From IMG/VR virus record IMGVR_UViG_3300027702_000001: 64,000 bases of DNA, one strand, 5' to 3'. Below the pieces are notes generated by a model that saw nothing but the letters and a program-made list of their open reading frames with translations, had not been told where the DNA came from and did not search any database. Source of the DNA: a virus. Below, in pieces: positions 34,425 to 43,763 of this stretch. The translations under genes and the position numbers were made by a program. Within the stretch, counting starts at the first letter, position 1; every line of letters begins with the position of its first letter.

Positions 34425-34671
34425 CGTTCCTTTAGTCGTTTGCGTCCCACGGACATTGAGGAGTTGCCTCCTTAATGGTTTGAACGATCTCAACCTTTAC
34501 CTGTTCAGATAATTGTTCGTGCTTAGCGACTCTACCTAACAGTACAGCAGCATCTACACAATGGAGATCTGAATACGCTAAAAGCATTAGATGCATTAAC
34601 ATAATTTTGGTCCAAACATAGGGATGAACGCTCCGTTCCGCGACTTACTTGCGTCTCTTGCGAGATGAACG
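34425..34671 (-). ncRNA. Tandem glutamine riboswitch-like aptamers (glutamine-II/downstream-peptide type)
   Basis: Aptamer 1 CGTTC-A-TCTC(GCAA)GAGA-CGCA-loop-GAACG; aptamer 2 CGTTC-A-TCCC[insert]GGGA-CGCA-loop-GAACG; directly upstream of the DUF4278-like gene. Confidence 0.75.
34432..34602 (-). CDS. 56-aa ORF nested inside aptamer 2
   Basis: Hand translation MLMHLMLLAYSDLHCVDAAVLLGRVAKHEQLSEQVKVEIVQTIKEATPQCPWDAND. Confidence 0.6.
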   Translation of the reverse strand: MLMHLMLLAYSDLHCVDAAVLLGRVAKHEQLSEQVKVEIVQTIKEATPQCPWDAND

Positions 34672-34697
34672 TATGGATATGATAACATATCCTGTAT

Positions 34698-34704
34698 TAT
34701 TTAG
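34698..34704 (-). promoter_or_regulatory. Late promoter variant (CTAAATA) upstream of the aptamers
   Basis: CTAAATA followed by perfect hairpin GGATATG TTAT CATATCC. Confidence 0.55.
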
Positions 34705-34758
34705 CAATGTTTTTCTTTTTGTAACGTTTCCTTTTGGTACGGTACTGTTGCTGAGTTC

Positions 34759-35388
34759 CTATGCCTTTATCTCGTTTAAGATCCCGCTTAAGTTGCCTGA
34801 GGAACTTAAGATGTAGTTTAAATTGATTATGCATCGATAGTCATTGTACTGCGGATTACTGCTCGCGTGAAAATTGTGACCATCAAAGATAACAAACCTT
34901 CCTTGACGTGGTTCGATCTTAGTTTTCATCGTCAGTTTTTTACGTGATCCATCATACGTTTCATTGAAGAAGAACGTAGGACCATCCGAGTCATTCACAT
35001 AATACAACAACGTCATATGTGGAAAATCATAATCCACGTGTGGTGTATGGTATAAATGCTTTGACTCTTTTCTAGTTAATAGATTAATTTTGATACGTCT
35101 GAACTTTTCAAAGTCTCCAAGTTCATCGGAAAAGTTTTCAGATATATGTTTCCACAAAGGTTCGACAACAATATCCCAAGCGTGTTGGGAAGAGATCTCT
35201 CCTTGATTGTTTACTACTGTGTGTTGAAACTGAGGATCCTCCCCCGACATTTCATCGGGGATAGAATCATTGAACTTAGGATCATACCCAGTTGTTTCAG
35301 TAATCATATACCAAGGCCAATAAGGACTATTCAATAGTCTTGCCTTGATGGGTTCCGACACAGAGGTCGGGACTTCACCAATAAACAT
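34759..35388 (-). CDS. 2OG-Fe(II) oxygenase
   Basis: HTPHVD, TLLYYVNDSDGPT, FDG..FHASS, RCIINLN. Confidence 0.85.
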   Translation of the reverse strand: MFIGEVPTSVSEPIKARLLNSPYWPWYMITETTGYDPKFNDSIPDEMSGEDPQFQHTVVNNQGEISSQHAWDIVVEPLWKHISENFSDELGDFEKFRRIKINLLTRKESKHLYHTPHVDYDFPHMTLLYYVNDSDGPTFFFNETYDGSRKKLTMKTKIEPRQGRFVIFDGHNFHASSNPQYNDYRCIINLNYILSSSGNLSGILNEIKA

Positions 35389-35390
35389 AA

Positions 35391-36584
35391 TTAAAGTTTG
35401 AATCCAGAGAATGTATCTTTTTTAATGTCTTGTTTGATTGCTCCTACAACATAGGATTCGATCTCAGTTTCCTGTGGTGCATTCTGTTGACCTTTAGAGT
35501 TCAACCAATGATTTGTCCAAGGAAGTGGATTGTTTCTAGCAGGAATATCGTAGATAGGATCGATACCGATTGCCTTCATCCTACGATTAGCAGTCCACTC
35601 AACATATTGTCCAAGAAGTTTAGCATTGAGTCCGATCATAGAACCATCTCTGAACAGATACTCTGCCCAATCCTTCTCTTCTTCTACACAACGTTGGAAC
35701 ATTTCCAAAACGTTCTGCTTTTCTTCTTTGATGATGTCGATCATATCAGGATCATCACCTTCCTTCCACTTGTTCAAAATATTCTGAGTAAGTACAAGGT
35801 GCTGTGACTCATCGCGTGCGATAAGTGAAATGATCTTAGCAGATCCTTCCATCTTTTTAAGTTCACCGAATCCAAAAGAGCAAGCGAATGAAACATAGAA
35901 GCGAATACCCTCAAGGATATTCACATTCATAACTGCTCGATAGAGTCTACGCTTGAGTTCTTTCTTCTCCCAGAATGCAGAAGGAGAATCTTTCCAGTCT
36001 TTCTTCCACCAATTACCTTGACCCCATTCCTGAGCGTAGTTGATAAACTCATCGTATGCTGAAGTAACACTTGAAGCACGTGCGATGATCTTCTCGTCAT
36101 CAAGAATAGTATCAAAAATCTCCTCAGGGTTTGCATAAACATTTTTGATAATGTATGTATAGGAACGACTATGGATCATCTCCATAAACTCCCAAGCGAT
36201 CATCGCAGACTCAAGTTCAGGTAGTGAGCAATATGGAATGAATGCCATCCCAGGACCACGACCTTGTACAGAGTCCAAGAGGATCTGGTACCGTAGATTG
36301 CTCGTAAAGATGTGCTTCTGTGCATCAGATAACTCTTGAAAGTCAGAGCGATCCTTCTGGAGAGATACCTCTTCGGGTCTCCAAAAGAATCCTAATTGTG
36401 AATTGGTTAGTCTATCAAAGACAGGATACTTAGCACCATCATACCTCTGGACCCCAAGAGGTTGTCCGAAGAACATTGGTTGCTTCTTTGTATCGTGTTT
36501 TGATTTATTAAATACTGTAATTTTGTCGATGCCTGTTTTCTGGTTGGGATCTCCGTCGGAGATTTTAAACTTTGCAACTGTCAC
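35391..36584 (-). CDS. nrdB: Ribonucleotide reductase class Ia beta subunit
   Basis: FFWRPEE, LDSVQGR, EMIHSRSY, LEGIRFYVSF, RDESQH. Confidence 0.97.
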   Translation of the reverse strand: MTVAKFKISDGDPNQKTGIDKITVFNKSKHDTKKQPMFFGQPLGVQRYDGAKYPVFDRLTNSQLGFFWRPEEVSLQKDRSDFQELSDAQKHIFTSNLRYQILLDSVQGRGPGMAFIPYCSLPELESAMIAWEFMEMIHSRSYTYIIKNVYANPEEIFDTILDDEKIIARASSVTSAYDEFINYAQEWGQGNWWKKDWKDSPSAFWEKKELKRRLYRAVMNVNILEGIRFYVSFACSFGFGELKKMEGSAKIISLIARDESQHLVLTQNILNKWKEGDDPDMIDIIKEEKQNVLEMFQRCVEEEKDWAEYLFRDGSMIGLNAKLLGQYVEWTANRRMKAIGIDPIYDIPARNNPLPWTNHWLNSKGQQNAPQETEIESYVVGAIKQDIKKDTFSGFKL

Positions 36585-38880
36585 AGTCTTCCTCTGCCTC
36601 CAATAGTTCGTTTACTAGTTGATCTACGTTGTTTGTAATTTGTACTGTTGGTTCTTCCTCACCATCTTTCTTATTGTCATAAGTGTTCTGGTAGTAGGAT
36701 GTTTTCCAACCGTATTTGTATGTGTTCAATAGGTCCATTGCCATAACGGAAGAGGGTACTTCGTTATCGGGATAATTTCCTGGATTATAACTCCAGTTGC
36801 CACTGATTGCTTGGTCGAAGAACTTTTGCATCACAGCGACGATTTTAATATAACCTTCATTAGAAGGCATCTCCCATAGGAGAGTGTACTTATTTTTCAA
36901 GTACGGAAAACCTGGAACAATCTGCTTAAGAGGTCCCTTCTTTGATTTTTTAATGGACAGGTAGTCTCTAGGTGGTTCGATTCCATTGGTTGCATTTGAC
37001 ACAACGGAACTGCTCTCTGAAGGCATCTGTGCGGACAGAGTGCTGTGCCTGAGTCCGAACTGTTTGATAGATTCCCTAAGACTATTCCAATCATATTCGA
37101 GTTCTACGTTAGAGATTTCATCTACTTCACTCTTATATGTATCGATAGGAAGAATTCCATCGGCATACTTTGTGTGTTGGAAACCTTCACAAGCACCCTT
37201 CTCCATAGCGATAGCATTGGATGCCTTAAGTAGATTGAATTGGAACGACTCAGATAGTTTATGAACTAGATCCCAAGCACCTTGATCAGAATAATTATAA
37301 CCATTCTTAGCAAGGTAATGTGCTAGTCCAATGTAACCAACACCAAGTGATCTACGTGCAAGAGTAGAACGTTCTGCTGCCTTAACAGGATACTTCTGAT
37401 AGTCAATTAGTTCTTCAAGACCACGTACTGCAAGGTCACATAGTTCCTCCATCTCATTGAGGTTACGAAGTTTACCTACGTTGATAGCAGAGAGGATGCA
37501 CAATGCAATCTCACCACCATCATCATCAATGTGAGAGATAGGATCTGTAGGAAGAGTGATCTCCTGACAGAGGTTACTCATATTCACCTTATCCTTAAAG
37601 GAAGAGTGAGAGTTACAGTGATCGATATTCATAATGTAAATACGACCTGTCTCTGCTCTCTCTTTCAATAGGGAGAGGACAATTTGCGATGCATCAACGG
37701 TGCGTCTAGCAATTTTTTCGTCCTGTTCGTACTTCTCATAGAGAGCATCGAAATCATCAGTCCCAAAAGCATCATATAGACCAGGGACATCGTGAGGACT
37801 GAATAAAGAGATCGTTTCATTCTGAATGAATCTTTCATAGAACAGTTTACTGATCTGAATACTATAGTCAAGTTTTCTTACACGGTTATCTTCGGTACCC
37901 TTGTTGTTTTTAAGAACAAGAATATCTTCTATTTCTTGGTGCCAGATAGGAAAGTGAACTGTAGCAGAACCACCTCTGATACCGTTTTGCGTGCAGCAAC
38001 GTACAGTTGATTCAAACTTTTTGAGGAAGGGGACCACACCTGTGTGTTGTACCTCTCCACCTCTGATTTTAGAGTTGATGCCACGGATTCTACCTGCGTT
38101 GATGCCGATTCCAGCACGTTGTGCGACGTATTTACCAATAGCCATATCACTGCTAAAGATACCATCGAGGGTGTCATCAACATCAACGAGAACACAAGAT
38201 GCAAATTGACGAAGTGTTGTCCGAACTCCCGCGAGCACTGGCGTTGGGAGGTTGATTTTTCCTTTGGAGGTTGCTGTGTAGTAGCGTTGTACATACTCTA
38301 GTCGAGAATTTTTTGGGTAGTCTTGAAAGAGTGTTGCCGCAACCATAATGTACATATACTGGGGTGTCTCATAAAGAACTCCAGTGCTTCTATCCTGTAC
38401 CAGATACTTATCTACGATTTGTCTCAACCCTGCAAAGGTGAAACCCATACAGCGTTCGTGATCAATATAACTATTCAGACAATCCCACTCTATAGGACTA
38501 TACTTATTTAGGATACTACCATCATATACTCCTGCGTCTACACAGCGTTGTACGTGGTCTTGGAGGTGTGGGTAACCAATCTCGTCTGCCCACTCTGGAA
38601 AGACCTGCTTGCGTACGTTAAACAGAAGGAGACGTGCTGCTACATATTGATAATTTGGAGCGTCTAAATCGATTAGATCGCTTGCTGAGCGAATAAGAAT
38701 ATCTTGGATTTCTGATGTCTTGATGCCATCAAAGAACTGTAGGTTGGCATTCATCTCAACTTGTGATTCACTTACACCAGTGAGACCATCACACGCTAAC
38801 TCAACCATCTTATGTACCTTGTCAAGGTTGAGAGGGACGGCGGTACCGTCTCTTTTAATTACGTTCATACTTTCTTCCAT
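36565..38880 (-). CDS. nrdA: Ribonucleotide reductase class Ia alpha subunit
   Basis: ATP cone VIKRDG, PTPVLAG, FASCVL, SNLCQEI, CILS, MPSESSS, KTSYY. Confidence 0.97.
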   Translation of the reverse strand: MEESMNVIKRDGTAVPLNLDKVHKMVELACDGLTGVSESQVEMNANLQFFDGIKTSEIQDILIRSASDLIDLDAPNYQYVAARLLLFNVRKQVFPEWADEIGYPHLQDHVQRCVDAGVYDGSILNKYSPIEWDCLNSYIDHERCMGFTFAGLRQIVDKYLVQDRSTGVLYETPQYMYIMVAATLFQDYPKNSRLEYVQRYYTATSKGKINLPTPVLAGVRTTLRQFASCVLVDVDDTLDGIFSSDMAIGKYVAQRAGIGINAGRIRGINSKIRGGEVQHTGVVPFLKKFESTVRCCTQNGIRGGSATVHFPIWHQEIEDILVLKNNKGTEDNRVRKLDYSIQISKLFYERFIQNETISLFSPHDVPGLYDAFGTDDFDALYEKYEQDEKIARRTVDASQIVLSLLKERAETGRIYIMNIDHCNSHSSFKDKVNMSNLCQEITLPTDPISHIDDDGGEIALCILSAINVGKLRNLNEMEELCDLAVRGLEELIDYQKYPVKAAERSTLARRSLGVGYIGLAHYLAKNGYNYSDQGAWDLVHKLSESFQFNLLKASNAIAMEKGACEGFQHTKYADGILPIDTYKSEVDEISNVELEYDWNSLRESIKQFGLRHSTLSAQMPSESSSVVSNATNGIEPPRDYLSIKKSKKGPLKQIVPGFPYLKNKYTLLWEMPSNEGYIKIVAVMQKFFDQAISGNWSYNPGNYPDNEVPSSVMAMDLLNTYKYGWKTSYYQNTYDNKKDGEEEPTVQITNNVDQLVNELLEAEEDCDSCKV

Positions 38881-39863
38881 TGAGATAATTTTAATTTTGC
38901 TTGTAATCCTTGATAGGTATTTGATTCTACCAGGGTTTGTACGTTGTGTCCAGCAAGAACCATATCATTAAGATCCTTTTGTTGAATGCCTGACGGGAAG
39001 ATTACTACTTTGTAACCTCTGTCGATGGTGCTTGAGATCCTGTCGGTGATTTGTTTGTTACGTGGTTCGTTATCAAAAACATAAACACAATCGCTCCAAC
39101 CAAGCGACCTAGGATCAAGATCGGACCCACACATAGCAGCACCGTTTTCCAAGAAGAGGGAATCAAACGGTCCTTCCACGAGGTAGACTGGTTTTTTTGG
39201 ATCAAGTCTGTCTTGTCCAAAGACCTTTGGTTTGTTTTCATTATAAAGAATGGTTATATAACGGAGTCTGGAATTTGGCATTAGGGATCTACCCTGTACA
39301 CCAAACCATTGTCCGTCTTTATCAATTAACGGAATGATGATACGGGGTCTATCATTCTGGAGATTGTCAAATGTATGCTTCTGCGAGTTGATGTACTCTT
39401 TGAACTTATCTGCATAGTAGATGAGGTCGAGTTTCGACCCTGTAATGCCTCTTTGTTCAAGGTACTTTCTTGCGGGATGTTCATTATTTAGACTAGAAAT
39501 ATTTGGAAGGTTAGTCCCTGTTTTAAATACTGGTTTTGCTTTGAAGACATCTGGATTTGGATTGGCAACCCGTGTTCTTTTGCCTGTCAATCCATCCTTA
39601 TATCGTTCTAAAACATACTCTTCGTATATGTCTCTTGCTTGTTCTTTTAAGAAGTTGCCAAGAGTTCTCCCTACCCCACAGTTATGACACTTAAAGATAA
39701 TGTCATTCTGTTTGGTAAAGAAATACCCTCTCGCTTTAGATGCCTGCTTCTGGGAGTCTCCACAGTAAGGGCACCTAAAATTATAGAGGGTTGATTTCTT
39801 TTCTTTGAACTTATCAAGTCTTGACCCGACAATACGGGCGTACTTGATGTCAATGAAACTCAT
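38865..39863 (-). CDS. gp61: DNA primase gp61
   Basis: FRCPYCGDS..CHNCG Zn finger, EGPFDS TOPRIM, DNEPRN. Confidence 0.95.
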   Translation of the reverse strand: MSFIDIKYARIVGSRLDKFKEKKSTLYNFRCPYCGDSQKQASKARGYFFTKQNDIIFKCHNCGVGRTLGNFLKEQARDIYEEYVLERYKDGLTGKRTRVANPNPDVFKAKPVFKTGTNLPNISSLNNEHPARKYLEQRGITGSKLDLIYYADKFKEYINSQKHTFDNLQNDRPRIIIPLIDKDGQWFGVQGRSLMPNSRLRYITILYNENKPKVFGQDRLDPKKPVYLVEGPFDSLFLENGAAMCGSDLDPRSLGWSDCVYVFDNEPRNKQITDRISSTIDRGYKVVIFPSGIQQKDLNDMVLAGHNVQTLVESNTYQGLQAKLKLSQWKKV

Positions 39864-39875
39864 TCCAACTTAAAA

Positions 39876-40259
39876 TTATTGATCGACGCTTCTAATGATA
39901 CTTGATTGATTGGTTCCTGTCAACACAGGTTTTATAATGTTCTGCCCTAAAGGACTAACAAGGAAACTTATGACACTGAGAGCACCGAAGATGGACCACA
40001 TCTTCTTCTCCATCATCCTGATCCTGTCATCTACCAGTCGGATGTCTCTCTCACATCCTTTCTTGATACTATCTGTTTCTCTATTGAGATCTGCGTGTAT
40101 CCTATCTATCTTTTCAAACAAAACTGTGTCTACCTGATCCTGTTTGCTGAGTTTTTCATTATGCACAGCAAGAAGTTGACCCATTCGTACAGAATTTTCC
40201 TGTAACGAATCGACCACCCGTTCGAGGCGTTCAATTATGGCGCTGTTAATGTCTGACAT
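39876..40259 (-). CDS. Coiled-coil protein with C-terminal TM
   Basis: ERLERVV..., MEKKMWSIFGALSVISFLV. Confidence 0.65.
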   Translation of the reverse strand: MSDINSAIIERLERVVDSLQENSVRMGQLLAVHNEKLSKQDQVDTVLFEKIDRIHADLNRETDSIKKGCERDIRLVDDRIRMMEKKMWSIFGALSVISFLVSPLGQNIIKPVLTGTNQSSIIRSVDQ

Positions 40260-41405
40260 TTACATTGATGCTTGTCGTTTTTCCCAATAATAATGTAGCA
40301 CTTGAGCAGGAAGCATCCGTGTAATTTTTACACCCTTCAACTTCTCAGGTCTGTAGATTTTACGAAGTCTAATCTTAACATCAGCAGGTGATTTACCTTG
40401 GAATATAAATTCAACATCTTCCATCTGCACTAGGAAAGATAAGTATCTTGCCTCAGTGGACTCACAAACTTTATTTATACCATCTGGAGATTTCTTACAT
40501 TTTGCTTTCTTCTTTGTCAGACCACCCTTGCCTTTCATCTTCTTCATAGTACCACCCAACGGTTGATCCATACCTGCGGTAGGTCCGTTCTCATCAGCAT
40601 CAGAGGAGAATCCTGCTCCATCTGCTCCTGATCCTGTACTCATTGTAGGTGCATCTTCGTGCACAAACTTCATACCCTTGGTTGCTTTATCCTTAAGTGC
40701 TTGACGCTTCTTAGGATCCATATTCTTTTCATAGTCTGCTAACTTCTTAGCATAACTAGGGTTATCCATTTTCTTTATTTGCTTTCTGTCTTCCTTGTCA
40801 GGTCCTGTATATACTGCTTCACTTTTGACACCACGCTTTGCCTTATGCTCTTCTCTTCTCTTAGAAATCATCTCACCTCTCTCTTCTGGAGGAGCAGCGT
40901 TACCACCCTTACCAAATTTTCTTTTGTTTCTAATAGATGCTTTGCCATAAGTTGAAGCACCTGCCTCATACTTTGCTTCAACAACAGCGCGAATTTGTTC
41001 TTTAACTTCTTTCTTCTTCTTATCTTTCTTATTGATACTACCTACTCTGGTATTACTATGTGATGTTCCACCTGGGGTTCCAGAGAACATCAGAGAACCA
41101 CCAACACCATAACTTTCTTTATGTTCTTTACCTGGCATCACTGTACCATCAGGCATCTTATGTGCATTCTTCTTAGGACCATAGGTGATACAAGGATCTT
41201 TACCACACCCACAGTTCTTTGTCTTCTCTTCCCCAATCTTCTGAGGTAAATTCTTTTCTTTTGTTTTAGCAAACTTATTAACTGCCTTCGCTCCCATATC
41301 ATTTGCAGCACGCTTCAACTCAGGCGATGGGTTATCCATCTCTCCCTTTTGGGTGGCACGTACCATACCCATAAATTTTCTTTGTGCTACAGACTTTGCA
41401 GGCAT
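40260..41405 (-). CDS. Lys-rich modular putative internal virion protein (DUF3008-like N-terminus)
   Basis: MPAKSVAQRKFMGMV..QKG; short modules separated by x-x-E sites. Confidence 0.6.
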   Translation of the reverse strand: MPAKSVAQRKFMGMVRATQKGEMDNPSPELKRAANDMGAKAVNKFAKTKEKNLPQKIGEEKTKNCGCGKDPCITYGPKKNAHKMPDGTVMPGKEHKESYGVGGSLMFSGTPGGTSHSNTRVGSINKKDKKKKEVKEQIRAVVEAKYEAGASTYGKASIRNKRKFGKGGNAAPPEERGEMISKRREEHKAKRGVKSEAVYTGPDKEDRKQIKKMDNPSYAKKLADYEKNMDPKKRQALKDKATKGMKFVHEDAPTMSTGSGADGAGFSSDADENGPTAGMDQPLGGTMKKMKGKGGLTKKKAKCKKSPDGINKVCESTEARYLSFLVQMEDVEFIFQGKSPADVKIRLRKIYRPEKLKGVKITRMLPAQVLHYYWEKRQASM

Positions 41406-41776
41406 CAGAGGTCACTCAATTGTTTACTTACGGATGGATCAACTTCCACATAATCTAGTGTCCCACATCCAGTTTCGGGGTATCTATTTAAGTACACCAA
41501 ATATGTTTTAAGGATGTCCCAATATTGTTTGTCAACCTTATAGACCAACAAAGGTATTGCAGCATCACCAAACACATTGAATAGTACGATCAAATGATTC
41601 AGTATTAAATGGTTACGAAGAACCCCAGTCTTAATGTATCTCCCGAAGAGACGCTTCAAATACTTGAAGCGCATCATATCTTCTAGGAAATCATCGTATG
41701 TTACTGACTGGGGATTATCGTAGTGTTTCATAGCGAACATCATAAAGTTGTCCGCTGTGAGTGTATTCAAATTCAT
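41405..41776 (-). CDS. Conserved T4-like hypothetical protein
   Basis: FAMKHYDNP...F.EDM.RFKYLKRLF...LILNHLIVLFNVFG. Confidence 0.75.
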   Translation of the reverse strand: MNLNTLTADNFMMFAMKHYDNPQSVTYDDFLEDMMRFKYLKRLFGRYIKTGVLRNHLILNHLIVLFNVFGDAAIPLLVYKVDKQYWDILKTYLVYLNRYPETGCGTLDYVEVDPSVSKQLSDL

Positions 41777-41794
41777 TACAAAGAGGGTTTATTA

Positions 41795-42616
41795 TTATGA
41801 ACTGAAGGTCAGTGCACCTGCGCCATTGGAAATAACTTCCTCTGTACCACCTGCTGAGGTGATTTTAACGCGATACTTGTAACCATCAAGGGCATCACTA
41901 GCAAGTCCACTGTAAGCAAGAGTTGCTGTAGTGAAGTCAGCGTATGTAATACCTGTGTCAAGGGAAGCACTGACATTGGTCCATCTAGAACCAGATGCCT
42001 TCTGTCTCTGCCAGACATAGACAAGTGCTCCTGGGGTACCAGTTGTGCTTGTAGTAACTGCGAATGTTCCTGCACCTGAAGATGAGGAAGAGTTAGCGGG
42101 TTGACCTGTGATAGTCACAGCAGAAGCAACGTCTGCTACCACTGTATCATCAGCGTCGTCACCAGCAGCACCAGCAGTCGCGTGAACGAATGCAAGACAC
42201 TCTGCCTTGTGACGTGTGTCACCTGCTGCAGTTGTGTATGTGTTATACAACCACCAACCAGGACCTGAGATACCACGAGACTTGTTCTCTGCTAGTACCA
42301 TCTCTGTGGTATCAACAAACACTAGGTCATATGACACGGTGTCTCCACCTTTGATGACATACTCGGCGACTGCTTTAGGAGGTGTTCTCCTTACAGCACC
42401 AGACAAACCTGCGTTTGTGCTACCTGCATATACTTTGTGCAATTCAATTGCAGTTGTACTTGTAACTTGTTTGACGATGTAAGCGACGTTTGCCAATTCC
42501 AGAACATCGCCGACAACAACCGTGTCTGCGGCATTCTTAGTAACTGTTGCGTCACCATTAGTGACTGCGACATTATTGGAGAACGTTGCTGCGTCGATTT
42601 TTCCGAAAACGGACAT
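41795..42616 (-). CDS. Virion structural protein (Ig-like C-terminus)
   Basis: Late promoter upstream; GPGWWLY..Y..RHKAE; ITGQP..YVWQRQ..YKYRVKI. Confidence 0.65.
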   Translation of the reverse strand: MSVFGKIDAATFSNNVAVTNGDATVTKNAADTVVVGDVLELANVAYIVKQVTSTTAIELHKVYAGSTNAGLSGAVRRTPPKAVAEYVIKGGDTVSYDLVFVDTTEMVLAENKSRGISGPGWWLYNTYTTAAGDTRHKAECLAFVHATAGAAGDDADDTVVADVASAVTITGQPANSSSSSGAGTFAVTTSTTGTPGALVYVWQRQKASGSRWTNVSASLDTGITYADFTTATLAYSGLASDALDGYKYRVKITSAGGTEEVISNGAGALTFSS

Positions 42617-42646
42617 CTTAATTTACTCCGAATGTTTCCTATATTT

Positions 42647-42654
42647 TATTTATA
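42647..42654 (-). promoter_or_regulatory. T4-type late promoter TATAAATA
   Basis: Exact motif about 30 nt upstream of the ATG at 42616. Confidence 0.7.
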
Positions 42655-42695
42655 CAAACACGAAAGGGACCCGTAGGTCCCTAGTGTCTGAGAGA

Positions 42696-42890
42696 CTAAC
42701 CCTGTGATGGGAATAGTGCTTTCTCAAGTGCCTCAACTAGTTGGTCATCAACAGTGTTGTCGGTTCTTGATACTGCTTTCTTTGCTAATGAGATGATCAA
42801 TTTCTTAATCAAGTCATCGATATTATCTGGAATCTTATCAACTGCTGCGTCGATAATTTTGATTGCGAAAGGTAGAAGGAATTTTGTCAT
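42696..42890 (-). CDS. Hypothetical protein
   Basis: ORF track; followed by GGGACC TAC GGGTCCC hairpin. Confidence 0.6.
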   Translation of the reverse strand: MTKFLLPFAIKIIDAAVDKIPDNIDDLIKKLIISLAKKAVSRTDNTVDDQLVEALEKALFPSQG

Positions 42891-42926
42891 AATTAATAGA
42901 GAGAAACCTACTCTATATATGTGCGG

Positions 42927-43316
42927 TCAAGACCCCAGTCCTCGACCCTTGTCATAGTTATCCTTTCCACCGTATCGTGCTACCACATTAGTATAATCTT
43001 TGGTGGTTTTGAACCCACGTTTCTTAGCGTCTGCAGCAGTCGCTTTCTTTTTGTCTGCCATTGCTTTGTACTTACCAGTACCTGCATCAGACTTAGCACC
43101 TTTTGCTTTCTTCTGCTGACCAGTAGGTTTACCGTGCATCTGACGAATCATCCGCTTGACGTTAGATACAGCAGACTTACCCGACCCACCTTTTTGAGTG
43201 GGGGTTCCTGCAGCAGGAGTATTGAGACCAGTACGACCAGGGACACGTCCAGTGGACTTGCCAGTTTCTTTCTCGTAACGATTCAATTCACTGATAAATT
43301 GCTTGAAGGATTGCAT
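42927..43316 (-). CDS. Basic putative internal head protein
   Basis: N-terminus MQSFKQFISE resembles the T4 capsid-targeting sequence. Confidence 0.6.
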   Translation of the reverse strand: MQSFKQFISELNRYEKETGKSTGRVPGRTGLNTPAAGTPTQKGGSGKSAVSNVKRMIRQMHGKPTGQQKKAKGAKSDAGTGKYKAMADKKKATAADAKKRGFKTTKDYTNVVARYGGKDNYDKGRGLGS

Positions 43317-43762
43317 TAGTGTTTATGCGATTCAACAATAACCAAATCTAGGTCAGTGACAGGAACGCTACTATACATTTGTTCTGCCTCATCTACGATG
43401 TCGTAGTGAGTAACAGCGTGAGTATGTCCATACTCATCAGGTTCTGCCATCTCTGCCAAGGTGTGTGCCTCAGGAATTGTATAGCACAGACCATACTCAG
43501 CGTGCTCAACATACTTAGCACAGATATGGGATTTCTTTCCCATTGCTTTGGCAACGGTCTTCCTACGATTCAACAGATACTTATCTGATTTATCGTGGTC
43601 ACCATCGTTGTCAATATCCTTGTCTTCTTTTCCGACAGGATCGAGTTTCTTTTTAGATGCTTCTTTCAGTTCAGCAAGTTCTGCCTGAAGAAGTGCGCGG
43701 ATTGACTCTTTCATCAGTAATTCCTTCTTGGGGTTGATAATAATTTTTGTTTTTTTACCCAT
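43316..43762 (-). CDS. Putative internal virion protein
   Basis: LDPVGKEDKDIDNDGDHDKSDKYLLNRRK module. Confidence 0.55.
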   Translation of the reverse strand: MGKKTKIIINPKKELLMKESIRALLQAELAELKEASKKKLDPVGKEDKDIDNDGDHDKSDKYLLNRRKTVAKAMGKKSHICAKYVEHAEYGLCYTIPEAHTLAEMAEPDEYGHTHAVTHYDIVDEAEQMYSSVPVTDLDLVIVESHKH

Positions 43763-43763
43763 T

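Noticed and set aside
34705-34758. NtcA box upstream of the glutamine aptamers
   Set aside because: No GTA-N8-TAC with correct spacing found by eye
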